From IMG/VR virus record IMGVR_UViG_3300020577_006613, positions 1-64,000 of that record: 64,000 bases of DNA. One strand, written 5' to 3'. This DNA comes from a virus. Taxonomy: Duplodnaviria; Caudoviricetes. Both the position numbers and the translations under genes were made by a program. Each line of letters starts with the position of its first letter. Position 1 is the stretch's first letter. Below are positions 18,278-27,916 of this stretch, piece after piece. The notes beneath the pieces are model-generated. The model was given only the letters and a program-made list of their open reading frames with translations. It had not been told where the DNA came from and made no database searches.

Positions 18278-18325
18278 ATGAAAGACTCTCTTGGCGACAG
18301 AATGAAGGCTAAAATACGCAGATAA
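18278..18325 (+). pseudogene. Orphaned original 5' end of thg1
   Basis: Encodes MKDSLGDRMK then diverges to a stop; thg1 at 19117 starts MKDSLGNRMK. Confidence 0.75.
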
Positions 18326-18362
18326 AAGAAGGAATCATTCTACACCCTAAGTAAGTAGGGTT

Positions 18363-19127
18363 ATGAACAATTTCTATGTATATGCGTATTTTGATCCAAG
18401 AAAGCCTGGTGATTTCAGGTTTAGAGATCTTAAGTTCAGTTTCCAACCTTTTTACATTGGTAAAGGGAGTTCAAAGCGTTCTAAGGAACACATTCTTCCT
18501 TACATGCTTCGCCAAAAATCCATCAAGGCTTCTAAGATAAAAGCCATCATAAAAGATACCGGCAAACTTCCTCTTCATGAAAGAATCTACGAGAATGTTA
18601 CTGAGCAAGAAGCGTTTGATATTGAAAAAGCAATGATTGCTCATTTTGGTAGATTGGACACTGGATCTGGTATCTTAGCGAATCACACTGACGGAGGCGA
18701 AGGCCAAAGCGGTACTAAGGGAACAAAGAAACCAAAACTCTGGCGAAAAGTTCACCAGTATACTCTCGATGGCAGCCTTGTTAAATCATGGGATTGTATA
18801 GCAGATATTGCAAATGAACTAAAAATAGAACCTGGCAATATTTCTACGGCTATAAAGCGTAAAGGAACTTGCGGAAACCATATATGGAGTTATGAGTTTC
18901 TTGGAGCAAAAATAGAAGCAAAAGAAAAATGGAGTATGCCAACAAAATACTCCGTTATACAGAAAACTCTGGAAAACAAAATAGTCAATACCTTTTCAAG
19001 TGCATTAGAAGCCGAAAAAGCACTTGGATTGAGAAAAGGTGCTAGAAACAAGATACTAGAATGCGCCCGAGGCAAAGTAAGAAGCTATAAAGGGTATCTT
19101 TGGGAGGCAAAAGAACATGAAGGATAG
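18363..19127 (+). mobile_element. Free-standing homing endonuclease (GIY-YIG-like plus NUMOD1/IENR1 repeats)
   Basis: FYVYAY..PFYIGKG..R, LANHTDGGEG, two V.QY..G..+..W/F.S repeats; AT-richer than neighbours. Confidence 0.8.
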
Positions 19128-19857
19128 CCTAGGAAATCGCATGAAAGAAAATTACGAGGATAGGTTCAGGTTTGAACTCCCTCGCAGAATGCCGTGTATC
19201 ATCCGTTTAGACGGCAAGGCTTTTCATACATACACCAAGAGCTTCAATAGGCCTTTCGATCAAAGGCTTGCTGATTCAATGAACTATGCTGCTCAACAGC
19301 TTGCCGCTGAGATTCAGGGCTTCAAGCTTGCTTTCCTGCAAAGCGATGAATGCTCAATCCTCGTAACCGACTATGACCAGATCGAAACCGAGGCCTGGTT
19401 TGATTACAACAAAGCCAAGATGGAAACCATTTCAGCCTCCATCTTCACTGCTCATTTCAACCAAAAAGTCAAAGAGTTGACTCCTGACAAAATTGGTATG
19501 ATTGGGTATGAACTTGCATTCTTTGACGCAAGAGCCTTTCCTATGCCAAGGGAAGACGTTGCCAATTATTTCCTGTGGAGAGCTAAGGACTGGGAGAGAA
19601 ACTCTCTTTCTATGTATTGCAGAAGTTTCTTTTCCGCTAAGCAGCTTCATGGAAAAAACAGGCAAGACCAACACGATATGTTGCATGCGCAAGGTAAGAA
19701 TTGGGCAACCGATTTGGACCCTATCTGGCGCAATGGAACTTGGATCGTGAGAACCGACGATGGAATCGTTGTTCGGCACGATATCACTTCGTCGTATCCT
19801 TCAATCGAGACTGTTGTGAAGCCTCTTGTTACAGAAAGACCGGAAGATGCAGATTAA
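19117..19857 (+). CDS. thg1: tRNA(His) guanylyltransferase Thg1-like protein
   Basis: IIRLDGKAFHTYT, QSDE, FFDAR, YFLWR. Confidence 0.9.
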   Translation: MKDSLGNRMKENYEDRFRFELPRRMPCIIRLDGKAFHTYTKSFNRPFDQRLADSMNYAAQQLAAEIQGFKLAFLQSDECSILVTDYDQIETEAWFDYNKAKMETISASIFTAHFNQKVKELTPDKIGMIGYELAFFDARAFPMPREDVANYFLWRAKDWERNSLSMYCRSFFSAKQLHGKNRQDQHDMLHAQGKNWATDLDPIWRNGTWIVRTDDGIVVRHDITSSYPSIETVVKPLVTERPEDAD

Positions 19858-20548
19858 GCTTGTTAGACATGCCTATTCCATGCTGAATGCAGGGCTTGTT
19901 AAGCACCAAGACATGCCCAATCATCAAATCCCGATTGTTGAGCCTTTGGGCATAGAACAAGCGATGAATGCTGGCAAGACCATTGGTAAGGGCTATCTTA
20001 GCGAAGCCCTAGTCTATTGTTCTCCCTACTTGAGAACTCGTCAAACCATGAACCACTTGTTAGTGGGTGCGGGTTTTGATGAAACTAACAAGCCCAAAGT
20101 ATATGAAGACCCTCGACTTAGAGAGGTTGACTTTGGCTATGGAGATCCTGAAAGCCAAAAGCCTAAGCGTAAGCTTGAAGGCTACTTTTGGTATCGCATG
20201 GATGGAGGCGAAAGCGCAGCCGACTGTTTTGACCGGACTTCTGACTTTCTTGATTCAATGATGCGACAGCTTGAAAGAAAGCAAAAAGAGGTCTATGACA
20301 TACCGCTTGATGATGATGCTGTAATATACTCTGAAAAAGTCAACAGAGACGTTCTCATTGTCACTCATGGACTGATTATTCGCTGTTTCGTTATGAGATT
20401 TCTGCATCTGACTGTTGAGCAATACGATTCAACGGACACTCCTGGCAACTGCGATATCATAACCATTGCCCCAAGAGAGCAGATTGCAAATCCACAGTTT
20501 ACTTGCGGGAGATGGGCTGTTGAAGGTATGACAATGCGAGCGAGTTAA
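19847..20548 (+). CDS. Histidine phosphatase (phosphoglycerate mutase family)
   Basis: LVRH, SPYLRTRQT, LREVDFG, GGES, VTHG. Confidence 0.85.
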   Translation: MQIKLVRHAYSMLNAGLVKHQDMPNHQIPIVEPLGIEQAMNAGKTIGKGYLSEALVYCSPYLRTRQTMNHLLVGAGFDETNKPKVYEDPRLREVDFGYGDPESQKPKRKLEGYFWYRMDGGESAADCFDRTSDFLDSMMRQLERKQKEVYDIPLDDDAVIYSEKVNRDVLIVTHGLIIRCFVMRFLHLTVEQYDSTDTPGNCDIITIAPREQIANPQFTCGRWAVEGMTMRAS

Positions 20549-21384
20549 TGGGCATCAGGATTCACAAAAATCTTTGCTATGCTCTTCCTGACGTAAAGGT
20601 TAAGGACTATTGCATTGTTGACCCTCGATTCCAGTCTTGGATTAGAGATCCGGACGACGAGTTGTATGAACGTCCAAGAAGAATGTTCATACCATTCCTT
20701 GAATGGATAATGGACCCTTCAAAGAATCAAGAGATAATCGATCTACTTGCTATCGCTAACGGTCCAAGCGAAAGTGATATATTCGGTTTGTCCTTTGGTA
20801 TTACGCAACAAGCGAAAGAATTCTTCAAGCTGTCAGAAGAAGAAAGACAGTCTCAGCTTGATAGGTTGTTTCATGTCAACTTCATACATCAGACAGAATA
20901 TGGGTTGCCAAAAATCTTCGCTATCATCCCTCCTGAACATCCAGACTGGACAAGATATGACAACTTGATAGATTACTATGACAATCAAGGCATTCCTAGG
21001 GATAGGGTTAGATGGCTAGACTGTCATTGCGGGATATATCCTCATAACATGATGCTTAGAAAGCCTCATATGCCAAGTATTAGGCTTGCTGACTCTACTA
21101 AAGATTATGAGTTGCCCTATTCTCCTGAGAGACAAAAGAGGCAGCCTGATCCAAGGCTTTTACCTGACCGTCTTTTTGGCGGAGAGTACAATCGTATCGT
21201 TGGAAAGTATTCTCCCAAGCTTCCTGCCCTTGTTGCGCCAGAAATGGTAAAGCAAATGGGCAAAACGTATCGCTGTGACATCTACACATCTGTTCTTCTT
21301 TGGACTCACTACGTTGGTTTGTTCAATGATTGGGCAAAGACTGTAAACGAACTTCGACCCTGCATTTACACTTATTGGAGTTGA
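20548..21384 (+). CDS. Hypothetical protein
   Basis: TAATG coupling to the upstream gene. Confidence 0.65.
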   Translation: MGIRIHKNLCYALPDVKVKDYCIVDPRFQSWIRDPDDELYERPRRMFIPFLEWIMDPSKNQEIIDLLAIANGPSESDIFGLSFGITQQAKEFFKLSEEERQSQLDRLFHVNFIHQTEYGLPKIFAIIPPEHPDWTRYDNLIDYYDNQGIPRDRVRWLDCHCGIYPHNMMLRKPHMPSIRLADSTKDYELPYSPERQKRQPDPRLLPDRLFGGEYNRIVGKYSPKLPALVAPEMVKQMGKTYRCDIYTSVLLWTHYVGLFNDWAKTVNELRPCIYTYWS

Positions 21385-21385
21385 T

Positions 21386-22648
21386 ATGAACAAGAATGTT
21401 GTCATCTTTGGTGGCGGAACTATCAGTCACGTTCGTTCTCATCTCGCTCTTTGCGCTCCTGCTTTTGGCTCTACAGCCAGAACAATCAAGAGGCTTTGCG
21501 AAGAAATCATGCCTGAGATGGATACGAACTTGATTTTGACTCGCATGGCTGATCGTTCTTCTCATATCGAAACGAATGAGGATGTTGAAGAAGAAGCAAA
21601 GAGAGTTGTTCACAATCTTGATAACAAGGTTGTCTTCTTTTCTTGCGCTATGTGCGACTTTAGCGGTAGAGTAGCCAACGAGCCTTCTGGTAAGTACGAA
21701 AAGCGTCTCAAGTCCAGAGACCTTGGCTATCCGAATATCAATCTTGGACCGAACAAGAAGGTTATCAATCTTTTCCGCGCAGAAAAAGGAAGTCGTAAGG
21801 ACATCTTCCTTGTGGGCTTCAAGACAACTTGCGGCGCAACTGAGGAAGAGCAGTACATCGCTGGTTTGCGGCTCTGCAAGGAGGCTTCTTGTAACCTTGT
21901 TCTTGCAAACGATGTCAAGACTCGTCTGTGTATGGTTATTACGCCAGAAGAAGCGAAGTATCATGTAACAACTGACAGAAGCGAAGCATTGAGAGGTCTT
22001 GTTGAAATGACCTATCTGCGTTCGCATCTGACGTTTACTCGTTCAACAGTAGTTGCTGGCGAGTCCGTTCCTTGGGAATCTGAATCGGTTCCTGAAACGT
22101 TGAGAACGGTTGTTAACCATTGCGTTTCAAGAGGGGCTTACAAGGTCTTCAACGGAGCAACTGTTGGTCACTTTGCTGCCAAGATTGGTCCCACTACATT
22201 CCTGACTTCCAAGCGTAAGAGCAACTTCAATGACATTGGGAAGCTTGGACTTGTAAAAATTGAGACTGACGGACCTGATACCGTTATTGCGTATGGCGCT
22301 AAGCCTTCCGTTGGCGGTCAGTCGCAGCGCATTGTCTTCGCTGAGCATTCTGATTGCGACTGTATCGTTCACTTTCATTGCCCTATCAAGGAAGGTTCTA
22401 AGGTTCCTACTGTTTCTCAACGCGAGTATGAATGCGGTTCGCATCAGTGCGGACAGAATACTTCAAGGGGCTTACAGAAGTTTGGGAACCTGTATGCGGT
22501 CTATCTGGACCAGCATGGACCGAACGTTGTCTTTAATAGAAGCATTGACCCTCAAGAGGTTATTGACTTCATTGAAGAGAACTTTGATCTTGAAGACAAG
22601 ACTGGCGGCCCTGTAAGTCTCGGGTCTCACCATCATGTTCATTCATGA
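21386..22648 (+). CDS. CoaB/DFP-like domain fused to a class II aldolase-like domain
   Basis: GGGT, FSCAMCDF, LVGFK, LVLAND; C-terminal G.F..+.G...F..S, IVHFHCP. Confidence 0.6.
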   Translation: MNKNVVIFGGGTISHVRSHLALCAPAFGSTARTIKRLCEEIMPEMDTNLILTRMADRSSHIETNEDVEEEAKRVVHNLDNKVVFFSCAMCDFSGRVANEPSGKYEKRLKSRDLGYPNINLGPNKKVINLFRAEKGSRKDIFLVGFKTTCGATEEEQYIAGLRLCKEASCNLVLANDVKTRLCMVITPEEAKYHVTTDRSEALRGLVEMTYLRSHLTFTRSTVVAGESVPWESESVPETLRTVVNHCVSRGAYKVFNGATVGHFAAKIGPTTFLTSKRKSNFNDIGKLGLVKIETDGPDTVIAYGAKPSVGGQSQRIVFAEHSDCDCIVHFHCPIKEGSKVPTVSQREYECGSHQCGQNTSRGLQKFGNLYAVYLDQHGPNVVFNRSIDPQEVIDFIEENFDLEDKTGGPVSLGSHHHVHS

Positions 22649-23347
22649 TTCAAGCCTGTTCATTCTTTTGTAACAAGCTAAGGTTTCGTGGACTTTGATA
22701 GCGCCCCAACCTTGATTATAGTTCCATAGATGAATCCCATAGGCTTCTGGGAAATCTTTGAACTGCGCTTCTTTTGTTTCTTTCTGCCTAAAGGGACAAA
22801 AGAACTTCGCAGGATATGAAGGTCTGTAGCCTATTATGTCTTTTACGCAGTTGTCTATGTAAGTAGGCCCAATGAGTTTGAGGCCTGTTATTAGTTCGCT
22901 GCCGTCTTTGGCAACCATCTCATCAAACTTTAGCATCATCTCAGGAATCTTCATAACGATATACTTCATCAGGTGATGATTGGGGGTTGCTCCCATCAAG
23001 CAGTTTGTAATAAGTTGCTTAGCAGGTCTTTCGAATTCTTCTATGAGTAGAAGGTCTTTTTGCATGCAAGGTTCGATGTTCTTGAGAAACAGATAGTCTG
23101 TATCAACATAAACTCCACCATACTTGAGCAAGACCTCATATCGAATAAGGTCTGCCTTGAATGCGAGCTTTGAGAACTTATGATAAGCTGCTTCGTTAAA
23201 AAGCCTGGGCCTATTCTTTTCAGTCCAGAACTTGTATTCCCATCCAGGATGAAGTTCCAGCATTTGCTCTCTAAAGTATTTGTGGGGTTCTGGCATGCTC
23301 CCGTTGAGCCATATTTGATGGAAGATTTTGGGGATAGTGGTTTTCAT
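22643..23347 (-). CDS. Glycosyltransferase, GT32/DXD sugar-binding family
   Basis: IPKIFHQIW, ADLIRYEVLLKYGGVYVDTD. Confidence 0.85.
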   Translation of the reverse strand: MKTTIPKIFHQIWLNGSMPEPHKYFREQMLELHPGWEYKFWTEKNRPRLFNEAAYHKFSKLAFKADLIRYEVLLKYGGVYVDTDYLFLKNIEPCMQKDLLLIEEFERPAKQLITNCLMGATPNHHLMKYIVMKIPEMMLKFDEMVAKDGSELITGLKLIGPTYIDNCVKDIIGYRPSYPAKFFCPFRQKETKEAQFKDFPEAYGIHLWNYNQGWGAIKVHETLACYKRMNRLES

Positions 23348-23471
23348 ACCACAAATATCGGCACGTGTACGCTTGACTTTTTCGCGCAGTATGCCGATAA
23401 TTCAGCAAGTAAAAGAGTAAAAGACAGGCCAAAAGAGGAAACCTGTCGCATTTTGAAAGGATTTGGATAGT

Positions 23472-24098
23472 ATGGATTGGTTTACATCAGATACGCACCT
23501 TGATCACGCAAACATTATCAAATACTCAAAGAGGCCCTTCGCCTCTGTTGATGAGATGAATGAAGCGTTGATCAAAAATATCAACGCCAAAGTCAAGCCG
23601 GGTGACCGGCTTTTTCATTTGGGTGACTTTGCAAAGAGCAGAGTTGAATACTTCAGAGAAGCAATCAACTGCAAAAATGTTGTATTGATTCTTGGCAATC
23701 ATGACAGAATCAAGTACAACTCGCCGCTGTTTAGCGGTGTTTACGATATGTTCAGGCTGAAGACGCAAATCAACGGTCAGCCAAAGGACATCATTCTTTG
23801 CCATTACGCATTGAAGGTCTGGAATAAGTCTCATCATGGATCGTGGCATCTTTACGGTCATAGTCATGGCGGACTGCCCGACGATGAAACGGCTCAGGCA
23901 TTCGATGTTGGCGTTGATTGCCACAACTACTTGCCGATTAGTCTTGACGAAGTTCAGGCAATCATGGCAAAGAAGAAGTGGGAAGACCCTCGCATAAAGT
24001 GGGCAAGAGACGGCGCTCTTTGGAAGCCGTTTGACCACCACCGTCCTGAACACAGAACGGAAGAAGCTGAGTGGGACGCTGAATCAAACAAGGCGTAA
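23472..24098 (+). CDS. Calcineurin-like metallophosphoesterase
   Basis: SDTH, HLGDF, GNHD, HLYGHSH, FDVGVD. Confidence 0.88.
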   Translation: MDWFTSDTHLDHANIIKYSKRPFASVDEMNEALIKNINAKVKPGDRLFHLGDFAKSRVEYFREAINCKNVVLILGNHDRIKYNSPLFSGVYDMFRLKTQINGQPKDIILCHYALKVWNKSHHGSWHLYGHSHGGLPDDETAQAFDVGVDCHNYLPISLDEVQAIMAKKKWEDPRIKWARDGALWKPFDHHRPEHRTEEAEWDAESNKA

Positions 24099-24114
24099 AT
24101 CCGATTCTGTTAGT

Positions 24115-24348
24115 GTGATAAGGATAAGGCTTATACTGAAGGCCGTTAGCTACAGACTCTTTGGGAGTCTGGCGACGGCTTTTATTGCATTCGCTGTCAC
24201 AAAAAGCGTTTCTTTCGGAGTGACGATTGGCGTTCTCGACACGATAATCAAAATCGTCCTGTTTTATGCCCATGAACTTGTCTGGGAAAAGGCAGAAAAA
24301 GCATATGATCGATCCAACCGTAATAACAAACTTCAAAAGAACGGATAA
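24115..24348 (+). CDS. DUF2061 membrane protein (start approximate)
   Basis: KAVSYR..G...T ... K..LFY.HE..W. Confidence 0.6.
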   Translation: MIRIRLILKAVSYRLFGSLATAFIAFAVTKSVSFGVTIGVLDTIIKIVLFYAHELVWEKAEKAYDRSNRNNKLQKNG

Positions 24349-24946
24349 TGAACTTGAAGAGTTGTTGCTCTTCTGCATTGCTGTTGCTGGTAAAACAGCA
24401 AAACAAATTGCAACTTCTCTTGAGAGATTTCTTGACACGAACAATAGCTATTACCTTGATCACACATGGCAACTCAAAGAGTTTGGCGGTCAAGAACTGG
24501 TTGTTATTAGGCCTCCACAAGAGATGTCACCTTTTGCTAAGGTTAGATGGCTAGAGCATCACAAAAGACTTGAAGAGGCCATAAGAGAATCAAAACTTGG
24601 ACAGCACACAAAGCTGTTGCATGCATTCCGAGAAGTTGCAAACAGGAAATTTGATCTTCGCAAGGTTACTCCGCAAGAGCTTGAAACGGTAAAGGGTATT
24701 GGACCCAAAACGTCTCGGTTCTTTATCCTTCATTCTCGTAAAACAAACAACATAGCATGCCTTGACACTCATGTACTCAAATACCTGAAAGGCCTTGGTC
24801 ATAAGGTTCCGAAGAATCGACCAACAGGCAAAGCTTATGAAAGGCTTGAAAAGGCCTTTATATCGCATGCTAAAAAGCTGAAGATGCCAACCTACGAATT
24901 GGACTTACAGATATGGAATAAGCTTTCTAGGAGCGGAAAAGGATGA
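24305..24946 (+). CDS. HhH DNA glycosylase-like protein (Ogg-like)
   Basis: VKGIGPKTSRFF helix-hairpin-helix, LDTHVL, Y..LE, LDLQIW. Confidence 0.75.
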   Translation: MIDPTVITNFKRTDNELEELLLFCIAVAGKTAKQIATSLERFLDTNNSYYLDHTWQLKEFGGQELVVIRPPQEMSPFAKVRWLEHHKRLEEAIRESKLGQHTKLLHAFREVANRKFDLRKVTPQELETVKGIGPKTSRFFILHSRKTNNIACLDTHVLKYLKGLGHKVPKNRPTGKAYERLEKAFISHAKKLKMPTYELDLQIWNKLSRSGKG

Positions 24947-25263
24947 TGACGGTAGCGGTCAATAGATACAAACAAGACTTCGATGTTGATGTAGGAAGAG
25001 GTACTAAGTGGGGCAACCCATATAGTCACGATCCTAAGAGTCGAGCGAAGTTTATTGTGTCTTCCAGAGAGGAAGCCGTCCGTCTTTTCCGACACTGGAT
25101 ACTAGGGCAGCCTCATCTTTTGGCTGACCTACACGAACTAAAGGGGAAAAGACTTGGATGTTATTGCCTTCCAGCCGAATGCCATGCAGTATTCCTTGCA
25201 GAATTGGCAGACAGATTCGACCCTAATGCCGATTTCTCAGATTACTCTGCTTTCTGGGACTAA
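24943..25263 (+). CDS. DUF4326 protein
   Basis: VGRGTKWGNP, ELKGKRLGCYC.P..CHA. Confidence 0.85.
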   Translation: MMTVAVNRYKQDFDVDVGRGTKWGNPYSHDPKSRAKFIVSSREEAVRLFRHWILGQPHLLADLHELKGKRLGCYCLPAECHAVFLAELADRFDPNADFSDYSAFWD

Positions 25264-25547
25264 TCCGCTTTCTGTTCCGAATGACAACCCTTGGGTTTTG
25301 TCTGTTTTTAATACGGACTGGTTCATTGAATCGTCTTCTGGTATAACAAGAGTCTATGGGATGATGAATCCTTCAGACTTTGATCACTTGAGGTTTTCTC
25401 TTGATAGCTTTCCCGTGATTCATGATAATGCTTGCATTGTAACATCAAACGCAATCATCATGAATCCGCCTCCGATTTTTGTTCCATGTCCATTTTCATG
25501 CATATTTTTTGCGATGATACTTCCGTTTCTAAGAAGGAGAAGACAGT

Positions 25548-26021
25548 ATGGTTAAGTTTTGGAGACCAAGAGACAAACACGGATGCTTTAGCAACTTTTC
25601 TGGGCATCCGATTTTAGTAGACGGCAAGATCTATAAGACGACTGAGCATTACTACCAGTCTAAAAAGTTCTACGAGGAAGATGCGCAAGAAGCAGTTCGC
25701 AAAGCAAAAACCCCAATGCAGTCTAAAGACATGGCAAATGGGGAGATACCGATGATCGTCAAGAAAGTTCAGCTTCATCCAAAGCTTCGTCCTGATTGGG
25801 AAGAAGTGAAGTTTGGTATCATGAAAGATGCACTTCGATACAAAGTGCAACAGCATGAAGATGTGAAGCAAGAACTACTCTCAACAGGTGATGAGACTTT
25901 GGTTGAAGACTCTCCATACGATTATGTTTGGGGTGTGGGCAAAGATGGCACCGGGACGAATTTGCTCGGTAAGGCTTGGATGGAAATTCGATCAGAATTG
26001 CGTTCAGGCGTGATTGCCTAA
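25548..26021 (+). CDS. NADAR (YbiA-like) ADP-ribose/N-glycosidase
   Basis: FSNF, TTEHYYQ..KF, DWE, LLSTG, EDSPYD..WG, G.NLLG..M. Confidence 0.9.
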   Translation: MVKFWRPRDKHGCFSNFSGHPILVDGKIYKTTEHYYQSKKFYEEDAQEAVRKAKTPMQSKDMANGEIPMIVKKVQLHPKLRPDWEEVKFGIMKDALRYKVQQHEDVKQELLSTGDETLVEDSPYDYVWGVGKDGTGTNLLGKAWMEIRSELRSGVIA

Positions 26022-26514
26022 CTACTTCTTCCACAAAAGACGATTTGGCCTCGGGGAAACACGCGAGGCCCAATATATGCAACAGAAAATCAGCAAAACC
26101 AAAGACATGATTCTGGTTGAAATCGGAGGAACGCATACAGCCAGAGGGGCTGAAGCTTTCTTCTATAGGCTTGGTCGCAGTAAATATGGCCTCAAGCTGT
26201 TCAAATCATACCCGTTGGCGAGACAGGTTTTTGAACGACAGAAGATAGCCGCTAAAGCGGGCGTTGCTCCCTTTGTTGGTAAGTTTGTTATAGCAAGAAA
26301 GCCAGGACAAACTACTCTTTGGTACGGATATCAAACCGAGAAGGCATCCGAAGTCTTTTACGGTGACCCGATTTGGACGAAACAATCAAAATCGCTACAG
26401 AAAAAGCTCAAGAAGCTTGGAATGGATGGCGACTTTGCTGACGTAAATTGTGGAGTTTGGCGGCGTAAACTTGTTGCTGTCGATTTCGGCTCTCACAGCG
26501 CATATGATTCTTGA
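26014..26514 (+). CDS. Small kinase-like protein
   Basis: GLKLF, GDF..N.G, AVDFG. Confidence 0.45.
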   Translation: MPNYFFHKRRFGLGETREAQYMQQKISKTKDMILVEIGGTHTARGAEAFFYRLGRSKYGLKLFKSYPLARQVFERQKIAAKAGVAPFVGKFVIARKPGQTTLWYGYQTEKASEVFYGDPIWTKQSKSLQKKLKKLGMDGDFADVNCGVWRRKLVAVDFGSHSAYDS

Positions 26515-26534
26515 AAGGCACGAAAGGATTTCCA

Positions 26535-27401
26535 ATGACTGCAACAAAAACCATCCCCTATTCTCAAGAGGCTCAGTCTATCTTTGATCAGGCGAAAGCT
26601 GTCGCTGAACGACACAATCAATCAACGATTGACACCGAGTGTCTTTTGCGTGGTCTGATTTTTAACGACAGGGTTCTTCCTGTAATCTCAGCCTTCGCTT
26701 CTCCTAAAGACCTTATTTCAAGAATCGAGAGTTCTCTCTCTTCTCGCCCTAAGTCTCCTAGCGGAACTATTCCAACGTTCGCAAGCGGAGTGAATACGAT
26801 TCGAGCGTCTATACAGAACGAAGCAATTACTGCTGGTTCGTCTGTTATCTCTCCTGACCATATTCTGTTGGGAATCCTTCGTCACCCTAACTTTGCTGCT
26901 GGTATTCTGTTGACCTTCTACGGTCTTGACTATCAGAATGCAAAGGCAAAGCTTGCGGCCCTTCCTGCTTTTGTTACTGCCGTAACTAGCTCTCCCTCTC
27001 CTGCTGCGGATTCTACTAAGACTAGCAGCAAAACCGCTAAGGCTCCTGCAACCAGTTGTGGTAGTGATTGCGGTTGCACAGCTAAGACTGATTCTGCAAC
27101 GGTTAATCCGAGTCAGATTCCAGACAGACTGAAGGATATCCTTTCTGCGATTCAGAACAAGACAAACGCTGCTTCTAACATTGTTGGTGCAGTTGTTGAT
27201 AGGGCGGCATATCGTGCTGAATGGCACAAGGCTCTTGATGCCTCTCTTGACCTGTCAGAGAACTCTGGGCTTTCTGTAGCAGCAGCCTTTGTTCATGTCG
27301 CAATGACGCATCCCACTCTCATGAAGGTGGCGGCTCGCCAGCAAATTCGCAAGGAAGCTATTGTTGATGCGATTGGAACTCTTCTTGGAATTGCGAAGTG
27401 A
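26535..27401 (+). CDS. Clp N-terminal repeat domain protein
   Basis: IDTECLLRGL and ISPDHILLGIL Clp_N repeats. Confidence 0.7.
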   Translation: MTATKTIPYSQEAQSIFDQAKAVAERHNQSTIDTECLLRGLIFNDRVLPVISAFASPKDLISRIESSLSSRPKSPSGTIPTFASGVNTIRASIQNEAITAGSSVISPDHILLGILRHPNFAAGILLTFYGLDYQNAKAKLAALPAFVTAVTSSPSPAADSTKTSSKTAKAPATSCGSDCGCTAKTDSATVNPSQIPDRLKDILSAIQNKTNAASNIVGAVVDRAAYRAEWHKALDASLDLSENSGLSVAAAFVHVAMTHPTLMKVAARQQIRKEAIVDAIGTLLGIAK

Positions 27402-27874
27402 TTCACGTTAGATCTCCTGCCAGAGCGAGGAACAGATACGGTTTGCCAACTTTGTTTATGGCAGGCGGTATCACAGGAACTATTGACTGGCAGGTAGACT
27501 TTCTGAAAATGCTCGAAGGCGAAGAGTTGATGGTTTTCAACCCTCGTCGTTTGGATTTCGATGCATCCAACAAAGAGATGGAAGTTGAACAGATAACGTG
27601 GGAACACGTTCACCTTGTTAAGGCTGATGCCATTTCTTTCTGGTTTACTCCTGAAACCCTATGCCCTATCACTCTCTTTGAGCTTGGTACGGTTATTGAC
27701 AAGAACCATCCTCAACGAGTGTTTATTGGATGTCATCCTGAGTATAAGAGACTTAGAGATGTCGAAATTCAAACAAGGTTGAGAAATCCAACCATTGAGG
27801 TTGTACAAAGTCTGTCCGAACTATCGGAACAAGTAAAAGACTGGGCAAGAAAGGCCAACGAAAACGGCGGCTAG
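27398..27874 (+). CDS. Nucleoside 2-deoxyribosyltransferase-like protein
   Basis: LFMAGGI..DWQ, FNPRR, QITWE, PITLFELG. Confidence 0.8.
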   Translation: MIHVRSPARARNRYGLPTLFMAGGITGTIDWQVDFLKMLEGEELMVFNPRRLDFDASNKEMEVEQITWEHVHLVKADAISFWFTPETLCPITLFELGTVIDKNHPQRVFIGCHPEYKRLRDVEIQTRLRNPTIEVVQSLSELSEQVKDWARKANENGG

Positions 27875-27880
27875 ACTTTC
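27869..27880 (+). promoter_or_regulatory. GGCTAGACTTTC motif, copy 4
   Basis: Exact match; its TAG is the upstream stop codon. Confidence 0.7.
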
Positions 27881-27916
27881 TGTTCATTGCTTTACTGTGA
27901 AACATGAGGCTTAGCA

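Noticed and set aside
21014-21025. Ninth copy of the GGCTAGACTTTC motif
   Set aside because: It has a mismatch (GGCTAGACTGTC) and lies in the middle of a coding region.
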